52,162 nt of DNA from Parcubacteria group bacterium (GCA_040079825.1 JBEBJP010000001.1:1-52162); one strand, 5' to 3'. Counted from the first letter of the stretch, positions 28,078 to 36,858 are shown. Notes: generated by a model not told the origin, from the sequence alone. Numbers and translations: made by a program.

Positions 28078-29790
28078 TTATTTAAAAATTTCCCGATACA
28101 CTTTCAATATTACCTCTGGTATTGCACAAAGCGTTACCTTATCCTTAACATCAACAAATTTCTTTGCGTGCGGGTCATCACCCATAGAAAAAACATAAGT
28201 GTTGAAATGCCCATTAATTTTTTTAATTGCTTTTTTATAGTCCTCTATTGATTCCTCATAGAAAATGACTCCGACATATTTATCAGTATTTTTGAAAATC
28301 TTGAATTCGTCTGTTTCTTGTATAAGCTCAAAAGCATTTTCCAAAATACAAAGCATATCAGCCGATTCTTTAACTAATTTTCTTTTATTTTTATCTGTCG
28401 GCTCAGCCTCGACAAAATCAGTAGTGTAATATTTCAGATTTCCACCAAGTCCCTCTTCCATATCTCCCTTAGTTTTCTTGTATCCCTTAATTGATTTTTT
28501 AATTCTTGGGTAGCAAATATCAGAAGCAATTTTGTGTTCAGATTTTTCGTCACCATTATTTGTACATAATATAAAAGACCTTTTTCCTCCATCTTCTTTA
28601 TTTAAAGCAAGCACAGCTTGTCCAGTTGTTCCTGAGCCAGCCATAAAGTCTAAGACAACAGCATTTTTATCTCCAATTAACTGAAGTATCTGTTTAATTA
28701 AACGAGTCGGTTTTGGTGTAGAAAAAAGTTCATCAGACTGCTCGAAAAAGTCCTTTAATTCTTTTTTTGCCTCATCGGTGTGTCCTGCTTGTTCATGTAG
28801 AAATATAGTAGACGCCTTTCGTCCTTGTTGCACTTCATCTAAAAATTGCTTGAGGGACGGGAAGGCATTTCCATTTTTACCAAAATAAAGTCTATTATCT
28901 TTTTGTAATTCAAGCATGTTGTCTTGTGCGTAAGACCAATGTTTACCACTAGGAGCATTAAATTTATCTCCCTTTGGTCCCGTTATAATGTAATGTCCAT
29001 TTTTTCGCTCCTCATTTGCGACTATATCACCTGGCTTCCAGACTCCGCGTGGGTCATTATCAGGATTTTTATAACGAGCGTTCATTTTATCTGTTCTAGG
29101 TAAGAGTTGAACATTAAGATGTTCTATATTTTTTGCATAGACCAAAATGTATTCGTGATCAACAGAAATGTGGCGTGATTGATTCTTTGGACTATATGCT
29201 CTTTGCCAAATTATTGTAGATACAAAATTTTGTTCTCCAAAAATTTCATCACAAAGCATTTTTAATGGTGCTTGTTCGTTATCATCAATACTTATAAAAA
29301 TTGCGCCCATTTCTTTTAAAATAAATCGGGAAAGTTTTAATCGCTTCTCCATAAAAGAAAGCCATTTACTGTGTCTGAAACTATCCTCTTTGTCTACAAA
29401 CTTATCATTATAGATAAAATCGTTATTACCTGTATTATAAGGCGGATCAATGTATATCAAATCTACAGCTTCGCGGTGTGTGAAATTAAGAACAGCAAGA
29501 GAATGATAATTGTCACCTTCAATCAAAAGATTAACGAGTTTTGATTTATCAGATTCAATGGCTTTCCCTTTAACTTCTTTTAAAACAGGAAATGGCTTAC
29601 CCGCCATTTCGTTGGGGAATAGTTCATTTGGAGTTCGTGCGTCAGGATTAACGAGAATATCAATTTTTTCTTCAGGTAAATCACGATGCCAAACAAGCCC
29701 ATATGTCGTGCTTTTAATTTTTACAATCTCCTTGATCAATTCCTCCTTTGACCAAGCATCATATTCTTTTCCGTTTATCTTTTTTGACAT
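28078..29790 (-). CDS. mod: Type III R-M Mod DNA methyltransferase (N6-A/N4-C class)
   Basis: 570 aa with catalytic motif IYIDPPYNTGN and the AdoMet motif LDFMAGSGTTGQA in beta-class order. Confidence 0.9.
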   Translation of the reverse strand: MSKKINGKEYDAWSKEELIKEIVKIKSTTYGLVWHRDLPEEKIDILVNPDARTPNELFPNEMAGKPFPVLKEVKGKAIESDKSKLVNLLIEGDNYHSLAVLNFTHREAVDLIYIDPPYNTGNNDFIYNDKFVDKEDSFRHSKWLSFMEKRLKLSRFILKEMGAIFISIDDNEQAPLKMLCDEIFGEQNFVSTIIWQRAYSPKNQSRHISVDHEYILVYAKNIEHLNVQLLPRTDKMNARYKNPDNDPRGVWKPGDIVANEERKNGHYIITGPKGDKFNAPSGKHWSYAQDNMLELQKDNRLYFGKNGNAFPSLKQFLDEVQQGRKASTIFLHEQAGHTDEAKKELKDFFEQSDELFSTPKPTRLIKQILQLIGDKNAVVLDFMAGSGTTGQAVLALNKEDGGKRSFILCTNNGDEKSEHKIASDICYPRIKKSIKGYKKTKGDMEEGLGGNLKYYTTDFVEAEPTDKNKRKLVKESADMLCILENAFELIQETDEFKIFKNTDKYVGVIFYEESIEDYKKAIKKINGHFNTYVFSMGDDPHAKKFVDVKDKVTLCAIPEVILKVYREIFK

Positions 29791-29792
29791 AA

Positions 29793-29999
29793 TTATTTCA
29801 AAAGTTCGTCAGTTGAAACTCCTAGAGATTTTGCAATTTTGGAGATAGTTGAGAGTGTTGGGTTTGTTTTTCCGTTTTCAATAGTACTGATAAAACCGCG
29901 ACTAAGTCCTAACTCCCGAGCAATATCGCCCTGCGATATTGCCTTTTTTGTCCTAATTCTTTTCAGATTTAGCCCTAACTTTGCCGACTCATTTTTCAT
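29793..29999 (-). CDS. XRE-family HTH protein (controller C-protein-like)
   Basis: 68 aa: LKRIRTKKAISQGDIARELGLSRGFISTIENGKTNPTLSTISKIAKSLG. It is the first gene of the mod-res operon. Confidence 0.85.
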   Translation of the reverse strand: MKNESAKLGLNLKRIRTKKAISQGDIARELGLSRGFISTIENGKTNPTLSTISKIAKSLGVSTDELLK

Positions 30000-30008
30000 T
30001 ATCCACAG

Positions 30009-30053
30009 TATATCGTATTGTTATAGTCTATCACAATGTTATGATATATCGTA
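30009..30053. promoter_or_regulatory. Candidate operator: two TATATCGTA direct repeats upstream of the C-protein gene
   Basis: The 9-mers at 30009-30017 and 30045-30053 lie between the C-protein ATG (29999) and IR-A. Confidence 0.35.
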
Positions 30054-30056
30054 ACA

Positions 30057-30272
30057 GCCCGAGACCGCCACCGACATACCAAATCAAAAAGGAAGTCGCG
30101 CCAAAAAACCTAGAATGAATACGGTGGCGAGGCGAGGGCGGAGCGGGTCGGCAGAAGTGGAGGAACACGCTCCCAGCGTGTTCTGGAACGGATGCCGAGC
30201 CGTGACGGAATTCATTAGTCAGAGTTAGAATTATTTTGGAAAAAAGTTCTAACTTCATTCAAGAAACACAGC
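30057..30272 (-). repeat. Inverted repeat IR-A, right copy (216 bp)
   Basis: Reverse complement of 20427-20642. Its outer end overlaps IR-B by 2 nt. Confidence 0.9.
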
Positions 30273-30401
30273 CCTGAGTGCAATTTAGAAAAGTGAGTAA
30301 AATCCGGAGCGTCACGCAGTGACGCAAATCGGCAATCCGCCGGAATCCGCCAAGGCATTTTGAAATCTGAAACCAGAATTCGATTCGCCACGATGGGGTT
30401 C
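30271..30401 (+). repeat. Inverted repeat IR-B, left copy (131 bp)
   Basis: Reverse complement of 31841-31971 with one mismatch (30393). After a 34-nt insert (30402-30435, two 6-bp hairpins), a further 11 bp (30436-30446) match 31830-31840. Confidence 0.9.
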
Positions 30402-30485
30402 CTGCTTATTAAAGCAGTATGAGTAGTAACTCATTGAGCCAATCTTGAAGCAATAATTACAAGCGATACTTAACATAAACTTTCT

Positions 30486-32030
30486 ATGTCTAACAACAAA
30501 TTCTTTCTCTATGCTCGTAAATCTACGGACGAACCTGATCGTCAGATATTAAGTATTGAGTCGCAGATTGATGAGCTGAAAGAATTTGCTGTGCGAGAGC
30601 AATTGGAAATTGTTGAAACTTTTATTGAGTCACAAACCGCCAAAGAACCTGGTCGTCCCATTTTCAACAATATGCTCTCGCTCATGGAAAAAGGTAAGGC
30701 TTCGGGAATTTTGGCGTGGCATCCCGATCGTTTGGCGAGAAATAGTGTTGATGGTGGAAAAATTATTTATTTATGTGATATCGGTAAAATTTTGGAGCTA
30801 AAATTCCCGACGTTTTGGTTTGATTCCACTCCTCAAGGTAAGTTTATGTTAAATATCGCTTTTGGGCAGAGCAAATACTATGTGGACAATCTTTCAGAGA
30901 ATGTAAAACGTGGCTTGAGAACAAAAGTGAGGCGAGGCGAACAGTCCGGTCAAGCTCCGACAGGATATTTGAACGATATGATAAACAAAAAGATGCTTCC
31001 CGATCCGGAACGGTTTCGCCTCGTCAGACGGATGTTTGAACTCTACGCCACAGGGAATTATTCTCTGAAAGCTGTCCGTGATTTGCTCGCCCAAAAAGGC
31101 TTGGTATCTAAAAGTGGTAAAGTTCTCTCTATTTCAAACACACAAATGATATTGAGTAATCCGTTTTATTATGGAATGTTTGTATTTAACAAGGAACTTT
31201 ACCAAGGAAAGCACGAGCCAGCGATTTCAAAGAAACTTTTTGATGCGTGTCACGAGATAATGCTACGAAACGCTCATCCGATGAAGCGAGGAATTAACCA
31301 GCATGTCTTTCGCGGACTTTTGAAATGTGCAGAATGTGGTTGTGGTATTACAAGCGAAGTGAAGAAAGGTCATATCTACTATCGCTGTACTAAAAAGAGA
31401 GATGTCTGCACACAACCGTATGTCCGCGAAGAATCCCTCGCAACACAGATGAGTGACACAATCAAAAAAGTTTCTTTGTCGTCAGAGTGGAAGGATTGGT
31501 TGCTCGCTGAACTAGACAAGGAACAAGCGAGCACCTTCCACTCAGACGCCCTTTTCGTTCAAAATCTGAAAAATCAGATAATTAAGGTTGAGGAGTTGTT
31601 AGAGAAGCTTTTAGACGCTCATTTGGACAGTACAATATCGAGTGGGGAATACGTCGCGAAAAAGCAAAAGCTCCTCAACCAAAAAGTTGATTTTTCAGAG
31701 AAACTTAAGGATTTTGAACGAAAAGGCAATCGTTGGCTCGAACTTTCTAAACAATTTATTTTAGACTGTAACCAAGCCGTAATTATTGCTTCCGGAGAAA
31801 ATCTCGAAGAGAAAAGAGATTTTCTCAAAAAGATTGGCTCGAACCCCACCGTGGCGAATCGAATTCTGGTTTCAGATTTCAAAATGCCTTGGCGGATTCC
31901 GGCGGATTGCCGATTTGCGTCACTGCGTGACGCTCCGGATTTTACTCACTTTTCTAAATTGCACTCAGGGCTGCCAGACTTGGACTCGAACCAAGATACA
32001 CGCCTCCAGAGGGCGCGGTCCTACCATTAG
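30486..32030 (+). CDS. Large serine recombinase (resolvase domain + recombinase domain + zinc ribbon + coiled coil); true 3' end uncertain
   Basis: FLYARKSTDEPDRQILSIESQ carries the catalytic Ser region. A zinc ribbon is present (CAECGCGITSE...YYRC). From about aa 452 the frame runs through IR-B and stops inside tRNA-Gln. Confidence 0.85.
   Translation: MSNNKFFLYARKSTDEPDRQILSIESQIDELKEFAVREQLEIVETFIESQTAKEPGRPIFNNMLSLMEKGKASGILAWHPDRLARNSVDGGKIIYLCDIGKILELKFPTFWFDSTPQGKFMLNIAFGQSKYYVDNLSENVKRGLRTKVRRGEQSGQAPTGYLNDMINKKMLPDPERFRLVRRMFELYATGNYSLKAVRDLLAQKGLVSKSGKVLSISNTQMILSNPFYYGMFVFNKELYQGKHEPAISKKLFDACHEIMLRNAHPMKRGINQHVFRGLLKCAECGCGITSEVKKGHIYYRCTKKRDVCTQPYVREESLATQMSDTIKKVSLSSEWKDWLLAELDKEQASTFHSDALFVQNLKNQIIKVEELLEKLLDAHLDSTISSGEYVAKKQKLLNQKVDFSEKLKDFERKGNRWLELSKQFILDCNQAVIIASGENLEEKRDFLKKIGSNPTVANRILVSDFKMPWRIPADCRFASLRDAPDFTHFSKLHSGLPDLDSNQDTRLQRARSYH
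31841..31971 (-). repeat. Inverted repeat IR-B, right copy
   Basis: See the left copy. Its outer end is the discriminator base of tRNA-Gln. Confidence 0.9.
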
Positions 32031-32041
32031 ACGATCTGGCA
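31971..32041 (-). tRNA. tRNA-Gln (anticodon CTG)
   Basis: Hand-folded cloverleaf: TGCCAGA TC GTCT AATGGTA GGAC C GCGCC CTCTGGA GGCGT GTAT CTTGG TTCGAGT CCAAG TCTGGCA G. It has U1-A72 and G73, as in Gln tRNAs. Confidence 0.85.
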
Positions 32042-32180
32042 ATGAGTAAAAGATACTCTAAAATAGAGCTTTTTACAAGAAGAATATTGGGTGAAAACCA
32101 AGACTACTTATTCTTCTTTGGCTTCTTCTTTTCTTTTCTATGTGTTTCACCTTTTGACATAACTTTATTATAATACAAAA

Positions 32181-32675
32181 TTATTTTACTTGGAATTGAA
32201 ATCTGTAGTCCGATTTTTTTATCTTTTCCTTGGAATTCAAATCAGGAGTACTCCCTATCAATGTAACCGTCTTGCCATTAAAATTATACGCAGTACCCAT
32301 CGTCAACTCTACTCTTTTTTGTGTAGGATTTACAACACCACTGCTTTTTAATACAACACTAACCTTTAACTCCCCTGCCCAGACACATTGAACATCTTTT
32401 GGACATCTAGAATCAGAAACTACATCTTCAGGTGTGATATAAACTCCTCCAGTAAAAATCATTTCGCCTAGTTTTGCCTCAGTTGATTCTTTTACAGTAG
32501 GACACTCATCAAAGTCGCATTGTGGCCCGGTCCGAGATACAGAACTTCCGTCAGGACAGATCTTTGAATCCAAAGTACATGTAACAAATACAACTCCTCT
32601 TTTAGAATTTTTATAAAATACAAACGCAAACATACCGAGAATCATTAAAATAACTAGAGCTATTTTTGTTTTCAT
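32181..32675 (-). CDS. Secreted/membrane-anchored Cys-containing protein, unknown function
   Basis: 164 aa with an N-terminal hydrophobic signal/anchor. Confidence 0.45.
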   Translation of the reverse strand: MKTKIALVILMILGMFAFVFYKNSKRGVVFVTCTLDSKICPDGSSVSRTGPQCDFDECPTVKESTEAKLGEMIFTGGVYITPEDVVSDSRCPKDVQCVWAGELKVSVVLKSSGVVNPTQKRVELTMGTAYNFNGKTVTLIGSTPDLNSKEKIKKSDYRFQFQVK

Positions 32676-32676
32676 G

Positions 32677-34335
32677 TTATTTATCTTTATTTTTTAAACA
32701 AGCCTCAACAAAAGCTGTAAACAAAGGATGTGGGTTCATCGGTCTAGCTTTTAATTCTGGATGAAACTGAGTTCCCAAGAAAAAAGGATGCACTGATTTT
32801 GGTAGCTCAGCTATTTCCATAAGCTTTTCGTCTGGGGATGTGCCAGAGAAAATCAACCCCGCCTTTTTTATTTCTTCAACATACTCAGGATTAACTTCAT
32901 ATCTATGACGATGTCTTTCGGAAATGCTTGATGCTTTATATGAATTTTTTGCAATAGTTCCGTCTTTTAGCTTCGCGGTGTATGCACCAAGTCTCATAGT
33001 AGCTCCGTAGTTTCCGTTCTCCAAGTTTTGCTTCTGGTCTGGCATTATATCTATAACAACGTGAGATGACTTAGGATTTATTTCTGCTGTATGTGCATCC
33101 TTCCAACCAATAACATTTCTGCAATACTCTATAACTGCAAGTTGCATTCCATAACAAAGTCCTAGATAAGGTATCTTGTTCCGACGAGCGTATTCGATTG
33201 TCATTATTACTCCTTCTATCCCACTCTCACCGAACCCACCAGGGACAATTATCCCATCAAACTTAGAAAGCTCGCTAATCTTCTCTGGATTTTTTTCATA
33301 ATCTTTTGAATTTATCCAAGTTAGGTTTGTGGTCGAATCCTTCCAGTATGAAGAAAACTTTACCGCTTCAATCACAGAAACGTACGCGTCCGAAAGTGTG
33401 TACTCGCCAGTATCAAAATATTTTCCTACAACAGCAATGTCTAGAACTTTCTTAGCATTTCTTCTTTTATCTACAAATTTTTTCCAGTCTTCTATTTCAC
33501 TGTTGTTAGATTTTTTTCTCATGTGAAGAGTTTTCAATATAACAGAGCTTATCTTGTCTCTTTCAAAGTTTAATGGAACATCGTATATACTCTTTATATC
33601 TGGAGCAGATATCACATTTTCTGGTTTTATAGCACAAGACACAGCTATCTTCTCTTTTCTTTTTTGATCTAGTGGTTCTGGACCACGAGCTATTATTATA
33701 TCTGGCTGAACTCCATATGAGTTAAGTTGTCTAACAGCATTTTGGGTTGGTCTGGTTTTCATCTCACCCAAAGACCCTGGAACAGGAAGGTAGGACACCA
33801 TCACAAACATCACATCATTTGGATGTTTTATCTTTAGAACTCTAGCAGCTTCGATAAAAAGTATATTCTGATAATCTCCTATAGTTCCACCTATTTCTAT
33901 AAGCGAGATGTCCGACTCGTGATGATCTGCGCATTTCTTCCACCTACGAACAATCTCGTCTGTTATATGGGGTATGGCCTCTACACACTTACCACGATAA
34001 CCCAGATTACGCTCCTTCTCTATAACATGTTTGTAGACCATACCTGAGGTCATATAGTTTTCAGAAATCAAATCCATCTCAAGAAATCTCTCATAGTTAC
34101 CCATATCCTGATCGGTTTCAAGTCCAGAATCCAAAACAAACACTTCTCCATGTTCTGTGGGATTCATAGTACCAGCATCAACATTTAAATAAGGGTCAAC
34201 CTTTATTGGATTGACCTTGAAACCTTTGCTTTGAAGAATCTTACCTATTGAAGACGACGCAATCCCCTTACCAACTCCTGACATTACCCCTCCTAAAACG
34301 AATATATATTTCTGATTTTTATTTTTCATAATCAA
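32677..34335 (-). CDS. pyrG: CTP synthase
   Basis: 552 aa. N-terminal GGVMSGVGKGI synthetase domain and a C-terminal GATase domain (GLCYGMQ, HRHRYEVN). Confidence 0.95.
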   Translation of the reverse strand: MIMKNKNQKYIFVLGGVMSGVGKGIASSSIGKILQSKGFKVNPIKVDPYLNVDAGTMNPTEHGEVFVLDSGLETDQDMGNYERFLEMDLISENYMTSGMVYKHVIEKERNLGYRGKCVEAIPHITDEIVRRWKKCADHHESDISLIEIGGTIGDYQNILFIEAARVLKIKHPNDVMFVMVSYLPVPGSLGEMKTRPTQNAVRQLNSYGVQPDIIIARGPEPLDQKRKEKIAVSCAIKPENVISAPDIKSIYDVPLNFERDKISSVILKTLHMRKKSNNSEIEDWKKFVDKRRNAKKVLDIAVVGKYFDTGEYTLSDAYVSVIEAVKFSSYWKDSTTNLTWINSKDYEKNPEKISELSKFDGIIVPGGFGESGIEGVIMTIEYARRNKIPYLGLCYGMQLAVIEYCRNVIGWKDAHTAEINPKSSHVVIDIMPDQKQNLENGNYGATMRLGAYTAKLKDGTIAKNSYKASSISERHRHRYEVNPEYVEEIKKAGLIFSGTSPDEKLMEIAELPKSVHPFFLGTQFHPELKARPMNPHPLFTAFVEACLKNKDK

Positions 34336-35258
34336 ACCTTAAGGTATTTTCTGACAGCCAAGTAACTTGAGAATGAACCGATGATTACACCAGAACCCAC
34401 TATTATTAAGAAAATTTGTCCAAAGTGACTTGTGTAGTAGTTAAATATATTTAAACCTACAAAGAAACCTTGTGTTGTTTTACCAAGCCAGAGAGTAATA
34501 GGATAAAACAAAACCAGAGTAATAACTGCAGAAACAAAACCATATATTGCACCCGCAATAAAGAATGGCCCTCTTATATAAGAAGTAGATGCTCCTACAA
34601 GTCGCATAACCTGTATTTCATCTCTAGACATATATATAACTAGACGAAGAGTATTGAAAGTAATCAAAACAGAAATAACGATAAGAAGTATTGTGATTAT
34701 TAAACCAAGTCTGTTTGCAGAGTTTATAATAGAAGACAGTCGCTCTATCGTCTCTCGATTCTGATAATAGTTAACTTTGTCTATTAGTCCACCATTTTCG
34801 GTAGAAAGTGCACTTTTTGCATTCAAAAATTTAGCAATACTCTCGTATTGAGAAGGATCCTTTGCTTTAATATTTAAAGTTGCTCCAAGTGGATTTTCAC
34901 CTAATTCATCGAGAGCCTGCAAAGTATACTCATCATTCTCGTGTCTCTTTTTAAAATCATTTAGAGCATCTTCCCTTGAAACATAGACTACTGGAGAAAG
35001 AACTTCTGGAAGATTCTCCAAACTTTTCTTCATAGCCAAAATATCTGACTCATCTGCATTGGTTACAAAATATACGTTTATATCTACCTTATCTTTTATT
35101 TGATCCAAAGTTGATCCCAATATAACACCAGAAAAAATAGTTGAACCAATAACAAAGAGAGTTACAGTCATAACCAAGATAGAAGAAAGAGAAACGAATC
35201 CATTTCGCCAAAAACTAAAGAAACCTGATCTTATTACTCTTTTTATCGTGGTCCACAT
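34332..35258 (-). CDS. ftsX: Cell division permease-like protein FtsX
   Basis: 308 aa with four TM helices and a large periplasmic loop. It lies downstream of ftsE. Confidence 0.8.
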   Translation of the reverse strand: MWTTIKRVIRSGFFSFWRNGFVSLSSILVMTVTLFVIGSTIFSGVILGSTLDQIKDKVDINVYFVTNADESDILAMKKSLENLPEVLSPVVYVSREDALNDFKKRHENDEYTLQALDELGENPLGATLNIKAKDPSQYESIAKFLNAKSALSTENGGLIDKVNYYQNRETIERLSSIINSANRLGLIITILLIVISVLITFNTLRLVIYMSRDEIQVMRLVGASTSYIRGPFFIAGAIYGFVSAVITLVLFYPITLWLGKTTQGFFVGLNIFNYYTSHFGQIFLIIVGSGVIIGSFSSYLAVRKYLKV

Positions 35259-35266
35259 GGCAGTTA

Positions 35267-35947
35267 TTATATCACGTACTTACCCTCTTTATCATCCCGT
35301 ATTATTTTACCCCCTTCCATCGTCAAAACTCTCTTTTTTAAAGAGTCTATAACCCCCTTGTTATGAGTAGTTAATATAACCGTAGTACCAAGGTCATTTA
35401 TCTTTTTCAAGATCTGCACAATATCGTATGTGTTCAGTGGATCCAAGTTTCCTGTCGGTTCGTCGGCCACAATAACGTCGGGCTGGTTTACTATCGCTCT
35501 TGCGATAGATACTCTTTGCTTTTCTCCACCAGAGAGCTCTCCAGGAAAGTTCCAGATCTTTTTGCTAAGATCCACAAGATCCAACACGTGCGGAACATCT
35601 GCTTCTATCTCTTCGTCTGTTCTGCCTGCTGCCTCCATAGCAAAAGCAATGTTTTCATAAACGTTTTTATCTGGGAGAAGTCTGAAATCTTGAAAGACAA
35701 CACCAACTTTTCTACGAAAGTCGTTAATTTGTTCCTTTCTTAAAGTAGCGATATCTGTAGACTCAAAATATATTTTTCCTTGTGTTGGTTTTTCTTCTGC
35801 AAGAAGCATCTTAATCAGTGTGGTTTTACCAGCCCCACTATGACCAACAATAGAGACAAATTCTTTTGGTTCTATAGAGAAAGATATATCCTCTAAAGCA
35901 ACGGAATTATCTGTATATACTTTTGATACATTATCAAAGTGAATCAT
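35267..35947 (-). CDS. ftsE: Cell division ATP-binding protein FtsE
   Basis: 226 aa with Walker A GHSGAGKTT, signature LSGGEKQR and Walker B VIVADEPTGNLD. Confidence 0.9.
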   Translation of the reverse strand: MIHFDNVSKVYTDNSVALEDISFSIEPKEFVSIVGHSGAGKTTLIKMLLAEEKPTQGKIYFESTDIATLRKEQINDFRRKVGVVFQDFRLLPDKNVYENIAFAMEAAGRTDEEIEADVPHVLDLVDLSKKIWNFPGELSGGEKQRVSIARAIVNQPDVIVADEPTGNLDPLNTYDIVQILKKINDLGTTVILTTHNKGVIDSLKKRVLTMEGGKIIRDDKEGKYVI

Positions 35948-35961
35948 ATTCCTAGTATAAC

Positions 35962-36846
35962 CTAAAGTTCCTGCTCGGCCAAGATAAACTCGTCCAAATC
36001 CCCGTCTAAAACAGCCTCCACATTGGAAGTTTCCACGTTTGTACGGTGATCTTTAACCATTTTATAGGGATGTAGCACATAAGAACGGATCTGGTTTCCC
36101 CACTCTATTTGAGTCGTTTTGGAAATATACATACCTTTTTCTTTGGAAATTCTCTCTTCCTCTAGTGCCTTATATATCTTTCCATACAGAATTTGGAGAG
36201 CCTTTTCCTTATTTTGACCCTGCGATCTTTCATTATCACTTTGAGCAGAAAGGTTGGTCGGGATATGCACGACCCGGACTGCCGTCTCACGTTTATTAAC
36301 ATTTTGCCCTCCTGGACCAGAAGACCTTGAAAGTTCTACACGAATATCTGATTCTGGAATATCCAACTCACCTTTACCAATTTTTTCAAACTTTGGAATA
36401 ACTTCAACCATTGAAAAAGATGTATGGCGAAGAGACTTTGCATTAAAAGGTGAGATCCTAACGAGACGATGAACTCCCGACTCATTTTTTAAAGTTTTAT
36501 ATGCACCTTTTCCAGACACCTCGATGGTTATGTTTCTAAAGCCTCCATGATCATTTTCATTTTTGTGTAGAATAGCCACATTGAAATTTCTTTTGTCACA
36601 AAATTTCAAATACATATCCATGAGAATACTAGAGAAATCTTCCGCATCGTCACCTCCTGCTCCAGAAAATATAGTCACAACAGCATCTCCCGAATCATAT
36701 TTACCCTCACCAGCTATTTCAGACTTTATCTCCTGTATTCTACGAATTACGGCTTGAGCCCTGTCTTTATCAGACCAAAAATCAGCCATCTGCATGGAGT
36801 CCTCTAATTTATTGAGTTCGTTTTTTAGAATATTCTTATCATCCAT
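35962..36846 (-). CDS. prfB: Peptide chain release factor 2, short form without programmed frameshift
   Basis: 294 aa with the SPF motif (RISPFNA) and GGQ (SGPGGQNVN). Only 12 nt separate it from the upstream mscL stop. Confidence 0.85.
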   Translation of the reverse strand: MDDKNILKNELNKLEDSMQMADFWSDKDRAQAVIRRIQEIKSEIAGEGKYDSGDAVVTIFSGAGGDDAEDFSSILMDMYLKFCDKRNFNVAILHKNENDHGGFRNITIEVSGKGAYKTLKNESGVHRLVRISPFNAKSLRHTSFSMVEVIPKFEKIGKGELDIPESDIRVELSRSSGPGGQNVNKRETAVRVVHIPTNLSAQSDNERSQGQNKEKALQILYGKIYKALEEERISKEKGMYISKTTQIEWGNQIRSYVLHPYKMVKDHRTNVETSNVEAVLDGDLDEFILAEQEL

Positions 36847-36858
36847 AAAAACACGATT

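Larger units (their letters stand above)
19790..31971. mobile_element. Putative accessory/integrated region abutting tRNA-Gln (recombinase, R-M, GC-rich cassettes, long inverted repeats)
   Basis: The region combines compositional mosaicism, a large serine recombinase next to a tRNA 3' end, defence genes and long IRs. The boundaries are approximate and no direct-repeat att pair was found. Confidence 0.4.
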
